A stretch of 64,000 bases of DNA. Origin: an uncultured Gemmatimonadales bacterium (GTDB taxonomy: Bacteria; Gemmatimonadota; Gemmatimonadetes; Gemmatimonadales; GWC2-71-9). Below, piece by piece: positions 1 through 14,244 of this stretch. Made by a program: the position numbers and the translations under genes. The first letter of the stretch is position 1, and the number at the start of each line of letters is the position of its first letter. The notes beneath the pieces were generated by a model. That model did not search any database and was not told the origin of the DNA. It was given only the letters and a program-made list of their open reading frames with translations. The stretch spans positions 79,511 through 143,510 of the forward strand of contig CAWJMT010000012.1 of NCBI GenBank assembly GCA_963844035.1, in the 5' to 3' direction.

Positions 1-282
1 CAACTGTACCTCCTCCAAGTATCCGAGCGCCTCCACCATCGCAAGAATCGCCTCGATTTCGTGCAGCGAGCTTCGCGCCATGTCGAGATAGCGACGAAAC
101 TCCTTCGGGCCGCGACGGCTCGCCCCCTCCGTGATGTTGAGCACAACGCTGTACGCGGCCCGCCGCCACTGATCCCCGAGCGCGAACCGCTCGGTCGCGG
201 GCAGCATGTTGGCGGCTTTGCTGGATAGTACTGCGAGATCGACTGCCCGTTGCCAGGCTCGGAGCTTCCGAAAATCTCCCAC
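1..282 (-). CDS. Four-helix-bundle protein (23S rRNA IVS-protein-like family), runs off the window start
   Basis: Not in the ORF track. Manual translation from GTG at 282: MGDFRKLRAWQRAVDL...ERFALGDQWRRAAYSVVLNITEGASR...EFRRYLDMARSSLHEIE, the family pattern. Confidence 0.85.
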   Translation of the reverse strand, partial: MGDFRKLRAWQRAVDLAVLSSKAANMLPATERFALGDQWRRAAYSVVLNITEGASRRGPKEFRRYLDMARSSLHEIEAILAMVEALGYLEEVQL

Positions 283-353
283 GGGCGGGAATCTTGCACC
301 GCGCCACCTTCAGCCGAACATCATTTCGCCGCACGGAGGCTCATTCCCACGCA

Positions 354-397
354 CTCTTAGCGTCTTGCAACTTGCGTCTTACCGTCTTAGCGTCTTT
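354..397. repeat. Degenerate 7-8-nt tandem repeat, about 6 units of CGTCTT(A)G
   Basis: ctcttag cgtcttg caacttg cgtcttac cgtcttag cgtcttt, between the PTS IIA stop and the four-helix-bundle gene. Confidence 0.8.
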
Positions 398-398
398 G

Positions 399-851
399 TC
401 AGATGCTCTTCTCCTCCAGCAGCTTCAGGAATTCCTGCGGCGTCTTCAATCGCGCCAACCGCTCCGCAATATCCGCTTCCTTCGCGAACTGGGCGATCTT
501 GCCGAGCACGGGGAGATACTGGTTCGAGACCTCGAGCGGTGGGGCGACGATGAGAAAGAAGTAGTGAACCGGCTTGCCGTCGATGGAACCGAAGTCGATC
601 CCCGAGAGCTTGCGGGCGAAGGCGACCCGCAAGTGGTCGACCACCAGCGAGCGGCAGTGGGGGATGGCGATGTTCTGGCCGATGCCGGTGGACCCAAGCG
701 TCTCGCGGCGCTTCAGCATCTTGACGAGCATCGCGTCGGACTTTTCGTCCAGGTTGAGCAGGCCGACGAGCTCCTTTAAGACGTCGTCCTTGGCGGTGCT
801 CTGGAGGTCGAGGTTGATAGCGTCTTCGGCGACGAACTCGCGTAGCTGCAC
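399..851 (-). CDS. PTS IIA (Ntr/fructose-type) domain protein
   Basis: RETLGSTGIGQNIAIPH phospho-His motif and DFGSIDGKPV; AAGGAG RBS upstream. Confidence 0.9.
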   Translation of the reverse strand: MQLREFVAEDAINLDLQSTAKDDVLKELVGLLNLDEKSDAMLVKMLKRRETLGSTGIGQNIAIPHCRSLVVDHLRVAFARKLSGIDFGSIDGKPVHYFFLIVAPPLEVSNQYLPVLGKIAQFAKEADIAERLARLKTPQEFLKLLEEKSI

Positions 852-931
852 GGCAGGGGTTCTCCTTAGGTTGACGGGCGCAACGTAATGAATGGTTGCC
901 CATGACGCAACGCGCCATTACGTTGTCCCGC

Positions 932-1922
932 ATGCGGTTCCCGTATCCCGTCGCACACGATGTGCCGCTCTTTTTGGCGCCCATGGCCGGCGTATCCGAG
1001 TCGCCGTTCCGGCTGCTGTGCCGGCGGTTCGGGGCGGACGTGGTCGTGTCGGAATTCATCTCCTCGGTGGGCGTGGCCCGGGGGATCGATCGGGTGATCG
1101 ATGACGCCCGGTTCGACCCCGCCGAGCGCCCGTACGGCGTGCAGCTCTACGGGGCCGAGGAGGACGTCATGGCGCGTGCCGCGGCGATGGTGACTGAGCG
1201 CGTGCAGCCGGACTTCCTGGACATCAATTTCGGCTGCCCGGTGAAGAAGGTCGTCCGCAACAACGGGGGCTCGGGCTGCCTCAAGGACTTGGAACTGGTG
1301 CAGCGCATCATCCGGGCGGTCCGCGCCGCGACCCACCTTCCGGTGACGGTAAAAATCCGCAGCGGGTGGGACGAGCTCAAGCGGGACCCGCTCACCATCG
1401 CGCTGCGCTGCCAGGACGCGGGCGCCCAGGGCCTGACCCTGCACGCGCGCACCCGGACCCAGATGTTCTCAGGGAGAGCGAACTGGGACGAGATCGCTCT
1501 GCTGGTCGAGCGGCTGGAGATCCCGGTGATCGGGAACGGGGACATCGAAACCCCCGAGGACGTGGTGGCCATGCACACGCCATACCCGGTGTGCCGGGGT
1601 CATGATCGCCCGCGGCTCGTTTGGCAATCCGTGGATTTTCGCGCAGGGCCGCGACCTGCTCGCGGGGAGGGCCAAGCGTCCCGATCCCACCCCCGCGGAG
1701 CGGTTTGCCACGGCGCTCGAGCACGCGCGGCTGGCGGTGCGCACGCAGGGAGACACGCGCAAGACAGCGCTCGAGTTCCGGAAACACTTCGGCTGGTACA
1801 CGAAGGGCGTGCCGGGCGCGTCGGGCCTGCGCGAGCAGCTGTTCCGCATCGAATCGATGGCCGAAGCGGAGATGATTTTCGCCGCCTCCCTCGAGGTCCG
1901 GGAGGTCGAGGCGGCGGCGTGA
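932..1922 (+). CDS. dusB: tRNA-dihydrouridine synthase B, one frameshift near 1580
   Basis: LAPMAG, DINFGCP, VTVKIR, IGNGDI; the C-terminus (MIARGSFGNPWIF...RKHFGWY) continues in the 1602..1922 frame. Confidence 0.9.
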
Positions 1923-2605
1923 GGCTCGACGACCTGGCGCGGCTGATCGAGCAGCTGCCCTTTGCTTCCATCGATCACCTCCGGCCCGCGACGCAGGGGC
2001 ATCAGGAGGTGATTTTTTGTCCCGGTAAGACGCCGGGGCAGGTGGCGGCGATCGCCGAGCGGTTGGAGGTCGCGGGCGGACAGTTCCTGGCCACGCGCGC
2101 CGACGCCGGCCAGATCGCCGCGTTGGCCGAGCGGTTTCCGCGCGCCGAGATCAATGAGCTGGGCCGCACCGTGTACCTGCCTCCGGACCCCGATCCCGCG
2201 CCCACTGGACGAGGTACGGTGTTGATCGTCACGGCGGGGACGAGCGATCTCCCGGTCGCTGAGGAGGCGGCCGTCACCGCACGCGCGTTTCGCAACCGGG
2301 TGGAGCGTCTCACCGACGTCGGCGTGGCGGGGATTCACCGCATCCTCACCCAGACCGACGTGCTGCGCAGCGCCGCCGTGATCATCGTGGTGGCGGGAAT
2401 GGAGGGAGCGCTGCCGAGTGTGGTCGGCGGACTCGTGAAGGTGCCGGTGATCGCCGTGCCGACCAGCGTCGGCTACGGCGCGTCGTTTGGCGGCATCGCC
2501 GCGCTGCTCGGCATGCTGAACTCCTGCGTTGCCGGGATCACGGTCGTGAACATCGACAACGGGTTCGGCGCCGCCGCCGCGGCCAGTCGCATCAACCACA
2601 CATGA
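1919..2605 (+). CDS. larB: Nickel-pincer cofactor biosynthesis protein LarB (PurE-like)
   Basis: EVIFCPGKT, TAGTSDLPVAEEA, DVGVAGIHR, AGMEGALPS, VPTSVGYG, VNIDNGFGA; GTG overlaps the dusB TGA. Confidence 0.88.
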   Translation: MRLDDLARLIEQLPFASIDHLRPATQGHQEVIFCPGKTPGQVAAIAERLEVAGGQFLATRADAGQIAALAERFPRAEINELGRTVYLPPDPDPAPTGRGTVLIVTAGTSDLPVAEEAAVTARAFRNRVERLTDVGVAGIHRILTQTDVLRSAAVIIVVAGMEGALPSVVGGLVKVPVIAVPTSVGYGASFGGIAALLGMLNSCVAGITVVNIDNGFGAAAAASRINHT

Positions 2606-4122
2606 AGCAACCGGTGGTCTGGGTCGGGCGCGCTCTCGCCGTGCTCGGCCTCGCCGCCATCGTTCCTCCGTTCCTGCACGCCTCGCAGTGGGCGGTGCTC
2701 GCCGCGATCGGGGGATTCCTCGCAGCCACCGGCCTGGTGCTCGCGCCCCTCGTCCGCGTCTGGCTCGCCGAGCGTCCGCTCGCCCGTCCGTCCGACTTCA
2801 CGCACCTCCTGGACCTGTTGCGCCGCGCGCACGGCGGCCGCGCCGGCTGGCTCGTCGGACTGCCGGAGGGCGATGCGGAGGTCGCGGGCGACGACGATCT
2901 CGGGAAGGACGTGCGACAGCGCGGCGAAGGACTGGTGCAGCTCGCGTCGATTGATGGTCGGGCCCACGTGGAGCGCGACCGCGCCGGCACCTATGTGGCG
3001 GTGGGAGACTTTCCGATCGGCGCAGGCGTACTGCTCGCCCAGCCCGACGCGACACCGGCACAGGCCGCGGCGGTGGTGGAGGAGCTGCGACGCGTGGTGG
3101 CGGCCATGCGGCTCAGCGGGCAGCCCGAGCACGGGGAGCCGGCGCAGCTGGTGGCGAAGCAGCTGGCGGTGATCGCGGGCGGCGCGATGACCCTCGAAGG
3201 CGTGGCGAAGGCGGGGGTCGAGCTGGCGCAGCAGTTCACGCACCAGGGGGCGGTCATCGTGCTTCAGGCCGTGGATCCGAAGCAGGCGATTCACGTGTTC
3301 GCGGTGTCGACGGGCGCGGACAAGCGGCTGATGTCGTTGGCGGTTCCCGACAATTCGCCGGTGGCGCGCGCCATTCACTCGGGGTTGCGCGTCGTGTCGC
3401 ATGGGGAAGAGGACGTGTTTGGTGCCACGATCGCCGACCGGCGGCGGCGCGAGCGGGCGGGGACCGCCTACCCCCTGATGGACGGCCATTTCGCGATCGG
3501 CGCGCTGGTCATCACGGGACCCCCGGCCGACCCCGACAGTCTCCTCGCCGAGCAGTTGGACCGCCTGGTCCTGGAGTTGGGCTCGCGCCTCGCTGCTGCC
3601 CGGGCGGTGTACGAAGCGGAGCAGCGTGCGGTGGTGGATGTGCTCACCGGGCTCCGCAATCGCCGTGAGCTGGAACGCCGCATCAGCCGGCATCGTTCGC
3701 TCGAGGGGCCGCGGCAGGCGTCGCTCATCTACCTCGACCTGGACCGGTTCAAGATGCTGAACGACACGCTGGGTCACGCGGCCGGCGATGCGGCGTTGCG
3801 ACACATCGCCGCGATTCTTCTGTCGGCAGTGCGAGATCGCGACTTGGCCGCGCGCATCGGCGGGGAAGAGTTTGCGGTGTGGATGCCCGAGACGCCGCTC
3901 GCGGAGGGGCTCGACGTTGCTGAGCGCATCCGCCGCGCCATCGAGACGACCACGTGGCGCTGGAACGGCGAGCCGTACCCGATCACCGCGTCGTGCGGCG
4001 TGGCGGCCTACCCTGAAAGTGTCTCCGACATCAACAACTTGCGCGGCGCTGCGGACGCGGCGCTGTACCGCGCCAAGGAGGCGGGCCGCAATCGAGTTGA
4101 AAAAGCTACGGCGGGCGGCTAG
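2602..4122 (+). CDS. Membrane-anchored GAF-like + GGDEF diguanylate cyclase
   Basis: Two N-terminal hydrophobic segments; DLDRFKMLNDTLGHAAGD, RxxD I-site (RDRD) and GGEEF active site. Confidence 0.9.
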   Translation: MKQPVVWVGRALAVLGLAAIVPPFLHASQWAVLAAIGGFLAATGLVLAPLVRVWLAERPLARPSDFTHLLDLLRRAHGGRAGWLVGLPEGDAEVAGDDDLGKDVRQRGEGLVQLASIDGRAHVERDRAGTYVAVGDFPIGAGVLLAQPDATPAQAAAVVEELRRVVAAMRLSGQPEHGEPAQLVAKQLAVIAGGAMTLEGVAKAGVELAQQFTHQGAVIVLQAVDPKQAIHVFAVSTGADKRLMSLAVPDNSPVARAIHSGLRVVSHGEEDVFGATIADRRRRERAGTAYPLMDGHFAIGALVITGPPADPDSLLAEQLDRLVLELGSRLAAARAVYEAEQRAVVDVLTGLRNRRELERRISRHRSLEGPRQASLIYLDLDRFKMLNDTLGHAAGDAALRHIAAILLSAVRDRDLAARIGGEEFAVWMPETPLAEGLDVAERIRRAIETTTWRWNGEPYPITASCGVAAYPESVSDINNLRGAADAALYRAKEAGRNRVEKATAGG

Positions 4123-4142
4123 GTTGCGCTCGGTATCACTTT

Positions 4143-4503
4143 GGGGGCGACAGGCTTCGACGGGTTTGGCGATGGTATCGTTGCGTGCCCAGGTTCTCAG
4201 TCACCTGGTATAAACCACTGGGAAATTATTAACTGCCAATTCAAACCTGGCACTGGCTGCGTAAGCTTTTAGCTTCACGCACCTGCGTGAGTGGCAGCCC
4301 GCCTGAGGCGGCGCTCACGTATCGCAAAGTCGGGCTGGCGTAACCCGGGGTCTCAACGGGTTGCGTAAGAGTCAGGTAGAGGCTGGTCGCTGCCAGGGCT
4401 GACGATGCGCCGAGGTGGCGAGAACACAAGAAAGCGTCGTCTACGCACGTAGTAGCGCTATCGGAGTCTCTCTCGGACCGGGGTTCGATTCCCCGCGCCT
4501 CCA
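4143..4503 (+). ncRNA. ssrA: tmRNA; tag peptide ANSNLALAA (4235-4264)
   Basis: 5' GGGGGCGACAGGCTTCGACGGG; 3' T-arm GGGTTCGATTCCC then CGCCTCCA acceptor strand; internal gcc aat tca aac ctg gca ctg gct gcg taa. The CCA end does not appear to be encoded. Confidence 0.95.
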
Positions 4504-4523
4504 TGCAGACGACGGGAAGAGGG

Positions 4524-4563
4524 ACGGGGGAAGGGTGCCATCGGCGCTCTTCCCCCGTTTCAT
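4524..4563 (+). terminator. Intrinsic terminator-like hairpin after ssrA
   Basis: ACGGGGGAAGGGTGCC-atc-GGCGCTCTTCCCCCGT followed by TTCATGTT. Confidence 0.65.
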
Positions 4564-4642
4564 GTTGCGTCGGTCCATGAGGCGGTCCGCCGGGGTAGAG
4601 AGGCTGTGGTCATCCTGCCTTTCCCGTACCTCGGAGGAACCT

Positions 4643-4972
4643 ATGCGCAGATTCGCCTATCCCTTCCTGCTCATGTTGGCCCTCACGCTCCCCGCGCTGG
4701 CCTGCGGGGATGACGAAACGTCAGCGGTGAGCGTCAAGGACGACTCGTTCGACCCGACCAGCAAGACGGTCAGTGTCGGAGCGAGCGTGTCCTGGCAGTG
4801 GACGGGCACCCATCAGCACAATGTCACGTGGGTCGTCGCGAGCACAAACTCCGCTACGCAGACGACCGGCACCTTCATGCGCACGTTCAGCACCGCGGGT
4901 TCGTATGTCTACTACTGCACGATTCATGGCACGCCTACGGGCGGCATGATGGGGACGATCGTCGTACAGTAG
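4643..4972 (+). CDS. Plastocyanin/azurin-family cupredoxin lipoprotein
   Basis: GGAGG RBS; lipobox LAC; HNV ... YYCTIHG...M type-1 copper ligands. Confidence 0.85.
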   Translation: MRRFAYPFLLMLALTLPALACGDDETSAVSVKDDSFDPTSKTVSVGASVSWQWTGTHQHNVTWVVASTNSATQTTGTFMRTFSTAGSYVYYCTIHGTPTGGMMGTIVVQ

Positions 4973-4990
4973 GATGGAGATGGGAGTGGG

Positions 4991-5030
4991 ATAGGGGACG
5001 AGTGGTCCTGCCGCTCTTCCCCTGTTTCAT
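4991..5030 (+). terminator. Terminator-like hairpin after the cupredoxin gene
   Basis: ATAGGGGACGAGTGG-tcctg-CCGCTCTTCCCCTGT followed by TTCATTT. Confidence 0.55.
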
Positions 5031-5037
5031 TTGTGCG

Positions 5038-5229
5038 ATGCGCCCACCCCTTCCCCCACCGCGCCGCGCGCGCGAGCGGCACCCGCTGGTCTACTTCGCG
5101 GGCCTCAGTTTGTTATTCGCGATTATCGCCCTATTGGCGCGGTTCGATTTTGTATTCGTCGCCGGTGGAGCACTCGGGGCGGTCATCCTGGCCGTTGCCG
5201 CCATCGTCATCGCATTGCGGCGTGGGTGA
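5038..5229 (+). CDS. Small two-TM hypothetical membrane protein
   Basis: MRPPLPPP...LVYFAGLSLLFAIIALLA...FVFVAGGALGAVILAVAAIVIAL. Confidence 0.55.
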   Translation: MRPPLPPPRRARERHPLVYFAGLSLLFAIIALLARFDFVFVAGGALGAVILAVAAIVIALRRG

Positions 5230-5287
5230 GCAAGGCGTTTCACTCCCGCATCTACCATCGATCCATTAGAGTAGTTGCGTAGAGTAG

Positions 5288-7513
<2,226 letters not shown>

Positions 7514-7521
7514 TTGCGGCC

Positions 7522-8921
7522 CTACGAGATGGCGACCAACACCGGCTCGGCGTGTCTCGCGTCGGCGGCTCCGCCGGGGATCTCGGTGGGATACTCGCCG
7601 GAGAAGCAGGCATGACAGAACTCGGCCGGATCGCCTCCCGCCGAGCGCAGCATCCCGTCGAGCGACAGATAGCCGAGGCGTGTCCACACCCAGGTGGCGG
7701 CGGATTTCCTCGACGCTGTGGTTCGAGCCGATCAGCTCGCTCTTCGTGGGGGTGTCGATGCCGTAGTAACACGGCCCGGTGATCGGTGGCGACGCGACCC
7801 GGAGGTGGACCTCTTTCGCGCCGGCCTGGCGGATCAGCTGCACCAGTGCCTTGCTGGTGGTGCCGCGCACGATCGAGTCGTCCACCACCACGACCTTCTG
7901 TCCCTCCAGCACCTCTCGCACCGGATTGAACTTGATCTTCACCCGGGCGGTGCGGCCCGCCTGCAGCGGCTGGATGAACGTGCGGCCGACGTAGTGGTTA
8001 CGAATCAGCGCATGCTCGAGCTTCACGCCGGAGGCCTCCGAGTACCCGAGCGCCATCGCATTGGAGGAGTCGGGCACGGAGAAGACGCAGTCGGCGTCGG
8101 GCGCCGGATGCTCCCGCGCCAGCTCGCGGCCCAGGGCACGCCGCACGCGCGTCCACGGAGCGGGTGAACACGCGGCTGTCGGGACGGGAGAAGTAGACCA
8201 GCTCGAACACGCAGCGCCGATGCGGCTTGGGGGCGAGCGGGGGCAGCCGGTCCACCGTGTTTCCCTGGATGCGGAGGAAATCCCCGGGCTCGAGCTCGCG
8301 TACCAGCGTAGCGCCCATGATGTCGAGCGCGCACGTCTCCGAGGCGACCACCCACCCGTCGCCCAGGCGGCCGAGGACGAGCGGGCGAAAGCCGCGCGGG
8401 TCCACGACGGCGTACAGGGTGCGGCCGATCGTGATCACGAGGGAGTAGGCGCCCTCGACGCGCTCCAACGCGTCGAGCAGCTGATCCTCGGGCTCCCGCG
8501 CTTCCGACCGGGCGATCAGGTGGAGCAGCACCTCGGTGTCCGAGGAGCTTTGGAAGATCGAACCCTTGTTGACGAGGTCGGCGCGGAGCTGGACGGCGTT
8601 GGTGAGGTTGCCGTTGTGGCCGAGGGCGAGCGGACCCTCGCGGTAGCGGGCGAGCATCGGCTGGGCGTTGGCGAGCACCGATGTGCCGGCGGTGGAGTAG
8701 CGCGTGTGACCGATCGCGACGTCGCCCCGCAGCCCGGCGAGCGCTGCCTCGCTGAACGCGTCGGACACGAGGCCCATACCGCGATGCGAGCGGGCGACAC
8801 CCTCACCGTCGACGGCGACGATGCCCGCCGCCTCCTGGCCGCGGTGTTGCAGGCTGTACAACCCGAGGTATACCTGTCGGGCTGCGTCGGGAACGGCGGT
8901 GACTCCGATGATGCCACACAT
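7522..8921 (-). CDS. purF: Amidophosphoribosyltransferase, frameshifts near 8155 and 7680
   Basis: MCGI N-terminus, LQHRGQE, GHTRYST, VVVDDSIVRGTT, PCYYGID; last frame FCHACFSGEYP...VAIS* ends at 7522. Confidence 0.95.
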
Positions 8922-8927
8922 CGTGCT

Positions 8928-11200
<2,273 letters not shown>

Positions 11201-11201
<1 letters not shown>

Positions 11202-11849
11202 TACGGTGCGGTCTGCAGCGTGTCTGAGCGTCATCGGCACGGTGTCCGGAAGCATCGGGACGGTGTCGGGCAGCATCGGCACCGTGTCGGGCTCTGTCAT
11301 CTCGAGGGGGGTCCCCCCCAGCTGCCCGTCATGCCTGCCGCCACTCGGGGAGCTGGATTGACCGCCGTATCCGTGACCGGGCCAGCGAACCACGGCGTCA
11401 GTCACTTGACCGTTCTGTAAGGTCACGAGATCCAGATGCCCGCAGCTGTGTTCGCAGCCATTCGGGAAATAGAGGTAGGTGAACGCGCCCGTGCGGCGGA
11501 CCGCGACCGGCGCTCCCCACAGTGAGTACACGTCGCGCTCCGCCATGCCCGGAAAGATCGTTCCCGTGTCCTGTGACACGTACGGGACATCCCGCACGCG
11601 TGGAGGATTCGCGACCTCCTGGACGGGCGGCGGCTCCGGGGGCGGGGGGGCGGGAGCGGGCGTTGGAGCCGGCGCTGGGGCCGCAGGTGCTGCGGCGACG
11701 GGCGCCTTCTTGTGGAAGAAGCGCTCGCGCAACGTTGCAATCTTGCCCTTCACGGTGGTGCCGAACGTCGCGGCTTGGTCCTTGACCTTGTCACACCCGA
11801 AGGTGGTGGTCACCAACAGCGCGCACATCCACAGCGTGCTGCGTCGCAT
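11201..11849 (-). CDS. Hypothetical Pro-rich lipoprotein with C-terminal PDTVPML repeats; likely 1-nt indel near 11225
   Basis: Signal [33 protein letters not shown] resembles the SmpA/OmlA motif; TAG at 11203-11201 overlaps the purL GTG. Confidence 0.65.
11232..11291. repeat. Three 21-nt coding tandem repeats (PDTVPML)
   Basis: catcggcacggtgtccgga / agcatcgggacggtgtcggg / cagcatcggcaccgtgtcggg. Confidence 0.8.
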
Positions 11850-12507
11850 TGCCAGCCTCCATCGATTGAAAGACACGGGCTCCGTCATCGCCGCCAAGAG
11901 CCGGAGCCGTGCGGCGCTCCGGGTGGGGCATGATGCCTACCACGTTGCGGCCGGCATTGCAGATGCCGGCGATATCGTTGGTCGATCCGTTGGGATTGTC
12001 GCGGACGTAACGCCAGACCACCTGGTCCTGCGCTTCGAGGTCGGCCGCGGTGCGTGGGTCCGCCACGAACCGGCCGTCGCCGTGCGCGATGGGGATCTCG
12101 ATGACCTCGTCCTGCTCGTACAGGCGGGTGAAGGGTGTCTCCACGGTCTCGACGCGGACCGACACGGGGCGCGAGAGAAACCGCAGCCGCGCGTTGCGCA
12201 TCAGCGCGCCGGGAAGCAATCCGGCTTCACACAGCGTCTGGAACCCGTTGCAGATGCCCAGCACCGCGCCTCCCGCCTGCGCGTGGGCGTTCACCGCCGC
12301 CATGATGGGCGAGAATCGGGCGATCGCACCGGAGCGGAGGTAGTCGCCGTAGCTGAACCCGCCTGGCAGGATCACGACGTCCGCCTGGCGGAGGTCCGTC
12401 TCCCGGTGCCACACGGCGTAGGCGTCCGATCCCGCGGCGCGGGCGGCCGCGATCGTATCGGTGTCGCAGTTCGACCCGGGGAAGACGACCACCGCGACGC
12501 GGCGCAT
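11791..12507 (-). CDS. purQ: FGAM synthase glutaminase subunit PurQ
   Basis: [31 protein letters not shown]. Confidence 0.95.
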   Translation of the reverse strand: MRRVAVVVFPGSNCDTDTIAAARAAGSDAYAVWHRETDLRQADVVILPGGFSYGDYLRSGAIARFSPIMAAVNAHAQAGGAVLGICNGFQTLCEAGLLPGALMRNARLRFLSRPVSVRVETVETPFTRLYEQDEVIEIPIAHGDGRFVADPRTAADLEAQDQVVWRYVRDNPNGSTNDIAGICNAGRNVVGIMPHPERRTAPALGGDDGARVFQSMEAGNATQHAVDVRAVGDHHLRV

Positions 12508-12761
12508 CAGCCGGTCCTCACGGCCACGTCGAAATCCTCGGTGACCGGGTTGGCGAGCAGCCGGTCGCACATCACGCGCGCCTGTGCCGCCGCCGCTTCG
12601 CTGCTCGCCGCATCGAGATCGAGCACGAGGTGCTTGCCCACGCGGACCTTGGCCACGTCTTTGAACCCGAGCGCGTGCAGCGCGTGCTCGACGGCCTGCC
12701 CCTGGGGATCGAGCAGCGCGGCGCGGGGCATCACGCGGATCTCCACCCGATAGGCGGTCAT
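12507..12761 (-). CDS. purS: FGAM synthase subunit PurS
   Basis: LDPQG, VRVGK, LLANPVTE. Confidence 0.95.
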   Translation of the reverse strand: MTAYRVEIRVMPRAALLDPQGQAVEHALHALGFKDVAKVRVGKHLVLDLDAASSEAAAAQARVMCDRLLANPVTEDFDVAVRTG

Positions 12762-13594
12762 CCTGCGGCTCCGCCGCGCGGGACGTCTTGATCGCCGTCG
12801 TCGTCGCCGTCGGCGATCATGATCGGTCCCGAGTCTTCATCCTCGTCTTCGGATTCGCTCACCAGTCCGAGCACGAAGGCCCGGATCACGCCGTACGCCA
12901 TGTATGCGATTCCCAAAGGAAAGAAGAAAACGTCGTGCTCCCAGATCCCGAACGCCGCGATACAGAGTATCGTCGCCAGCCCCAGGGCGCCCCGCAGTGA
13001 GCGCGTGCTGGCATGCGGCAGCGCGGCATACTGGACGCTGCTCACCATGAGCATCGCCAGGAGGATCATCAGGAGTTGGAGGAGATGGTGCCAGGGGAGG
13101 CCGCGGAGCGCATTCTGGTACAGGTCGCTTTGCGTGAACGGATAGTACGTCGCGAGGGTCATCCCGGCGGCCGGCGACGGCAGCCCGATGAACGAATGCT
13201 TCGCCTTTCCCGCCGAAGCGACGTTGAAACGCGCGAGTCGGATCGCGGCGGCCATGACGTAAAAGTAGCAGAAGATCCATTCCGCCTGGCCGGCGCTGCC
13301 GAAGGCCAGCATGTACATCAAGAACGCGGGCGCCACGCCGAAGCTCACGATGTCGACCAGGCTGTCCAGCTCTTCGCCGAACCGCGATCCGGTATTCGAC
13401 AAGCGCGCGATGCGGCCGTCCAGCGTATCGAGGATGCCGGCGAATACGATGTACCACCCTGCGCGATAGAACTCGCCGCGGGAGGCTTGCACCATCGACC
13501 AGATTCCAAAGAACAAGTTGAAAAGCGTGAACAAGCTCGGCACCACCACCACCACGCGGCGCATGTTCGGACGCGGCAACCGCGGCCGCATCAC
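12758..13594 (-). CDS. pssA: CDP-diacylglycerol--serine O-phosphatidyltransferase
   Basis: DTLDGRIAR...FGEELDSLVDIVSFGVAP, RLARFN, FIGLPSP. Confidence 0.93.
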   Translation of the reverse strand: MMRPRLPRPNMRRVVVVVPSLFTLFNLFFGIWSMVQASRGEFYRAGWYIVFAGILDTLDGRIARLSNTGSRFGEELDSLVDIVSFGVAPAFLMYMLAFGSAGQAEWIFCYFYVMAAAIRLARFNVASAGKAKHSFIGLPSPAAGMTLATYYPFTQSDLYQNALRGLPWHHLLQLLMILLAMLMVSSVQYAALPHASTRSLRGALGLATILCIAAFGIWEHDVFFFPLGIAYMAYGVIRAFVLGLVSESEDEDEDSGPIMIADGDDDGDQDVPRGGAAG

Positions 13595-14244
13595 TCCGGG
13601 TACTCCGCCAGCACTGAGGCGCCCACGCGCACCCGGTCGCCCACCGCGACGCGGACCGTGTGCCGGCTGGTGTGGGGCAGGAACACGTCCACCCGCGAGC
13701 CGAACCGGATCATGCCGAGGCGGGCGCCCTGCGCGGCGGGATCGCCCACCTTGCTGTCGGTCACGATGCGGCGCGCGATGAGGCCGGCGATCTGGCGCAC
13801 GAGCAGCGGGCCGTGCGCGCCGCGGATGCCGACCGAGGACTGCTCGTTCTCGAGGCTGGCTTTATCGGACGCGGCGTGCAAGAACAAGCCGGCGTTGTAA
13901 TGCGTCAGCTCGACCTGTCCCGAGATCGGGTACCGGTTCACGTGTACGTCGAACACGTTCATGAAGATCGAAATGCGCGTTGCCTCCGCCTTCAAGTACA
14001 TCGGCTCATGCACCGACGCGACCTCTACGATCCTGCCGTCCGCCGGCGAAATGACCATCCCAGGGCCCCGTGGACCCGCGAACAGCGGATCGCGGAAGAA
14101 CACGAGCAGCCATATCGCGACGGCGAGTGCGGGCGCTTCCGCCAGCCAGAACCAGGGCCCGTGGCGAGCCACCGCCCAGGCGCCCACGCCCGCGAGCGCC
14201 CATCCCGTGAGGATGAAGGGCCAGCCTTCCGGCGCCAACCTCAC
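13591..14244 (-). CDS. psd: Phosphatidylserine decarboxylase proenzyme
   Basis: [32 protein letters not shown] cleavage motif. Confidence 0.93.
   Translation of the reverse strand: MRLAPEGWPFILTGWALAGVGAWAVARHGPWFWLAEAPALAVAIWLLVFFRDPLFAGPRGPGMVISPADGRIVEVASVHEPMYLKAEATRISIFMNVFDVHVNRYPISGQVELTHYNAGLFLHAASDKASLENEQSSVGIRGAHGPLLVRQIAGLIARRIVTDSKVGDPAAQGARLGMIRFGSRVDVFLPHTSRHTVRVAVGDRVRVGASVLAEYPE

Noticed and set aside
896..2605. Apparent DusB-LarB fusion (569 aa ORF)
   Set aside because: The true DusB C-terminus is in the 1602..1922 frame and ends in a GTGA overlap with larB; the fusion results from one indel near 1580.
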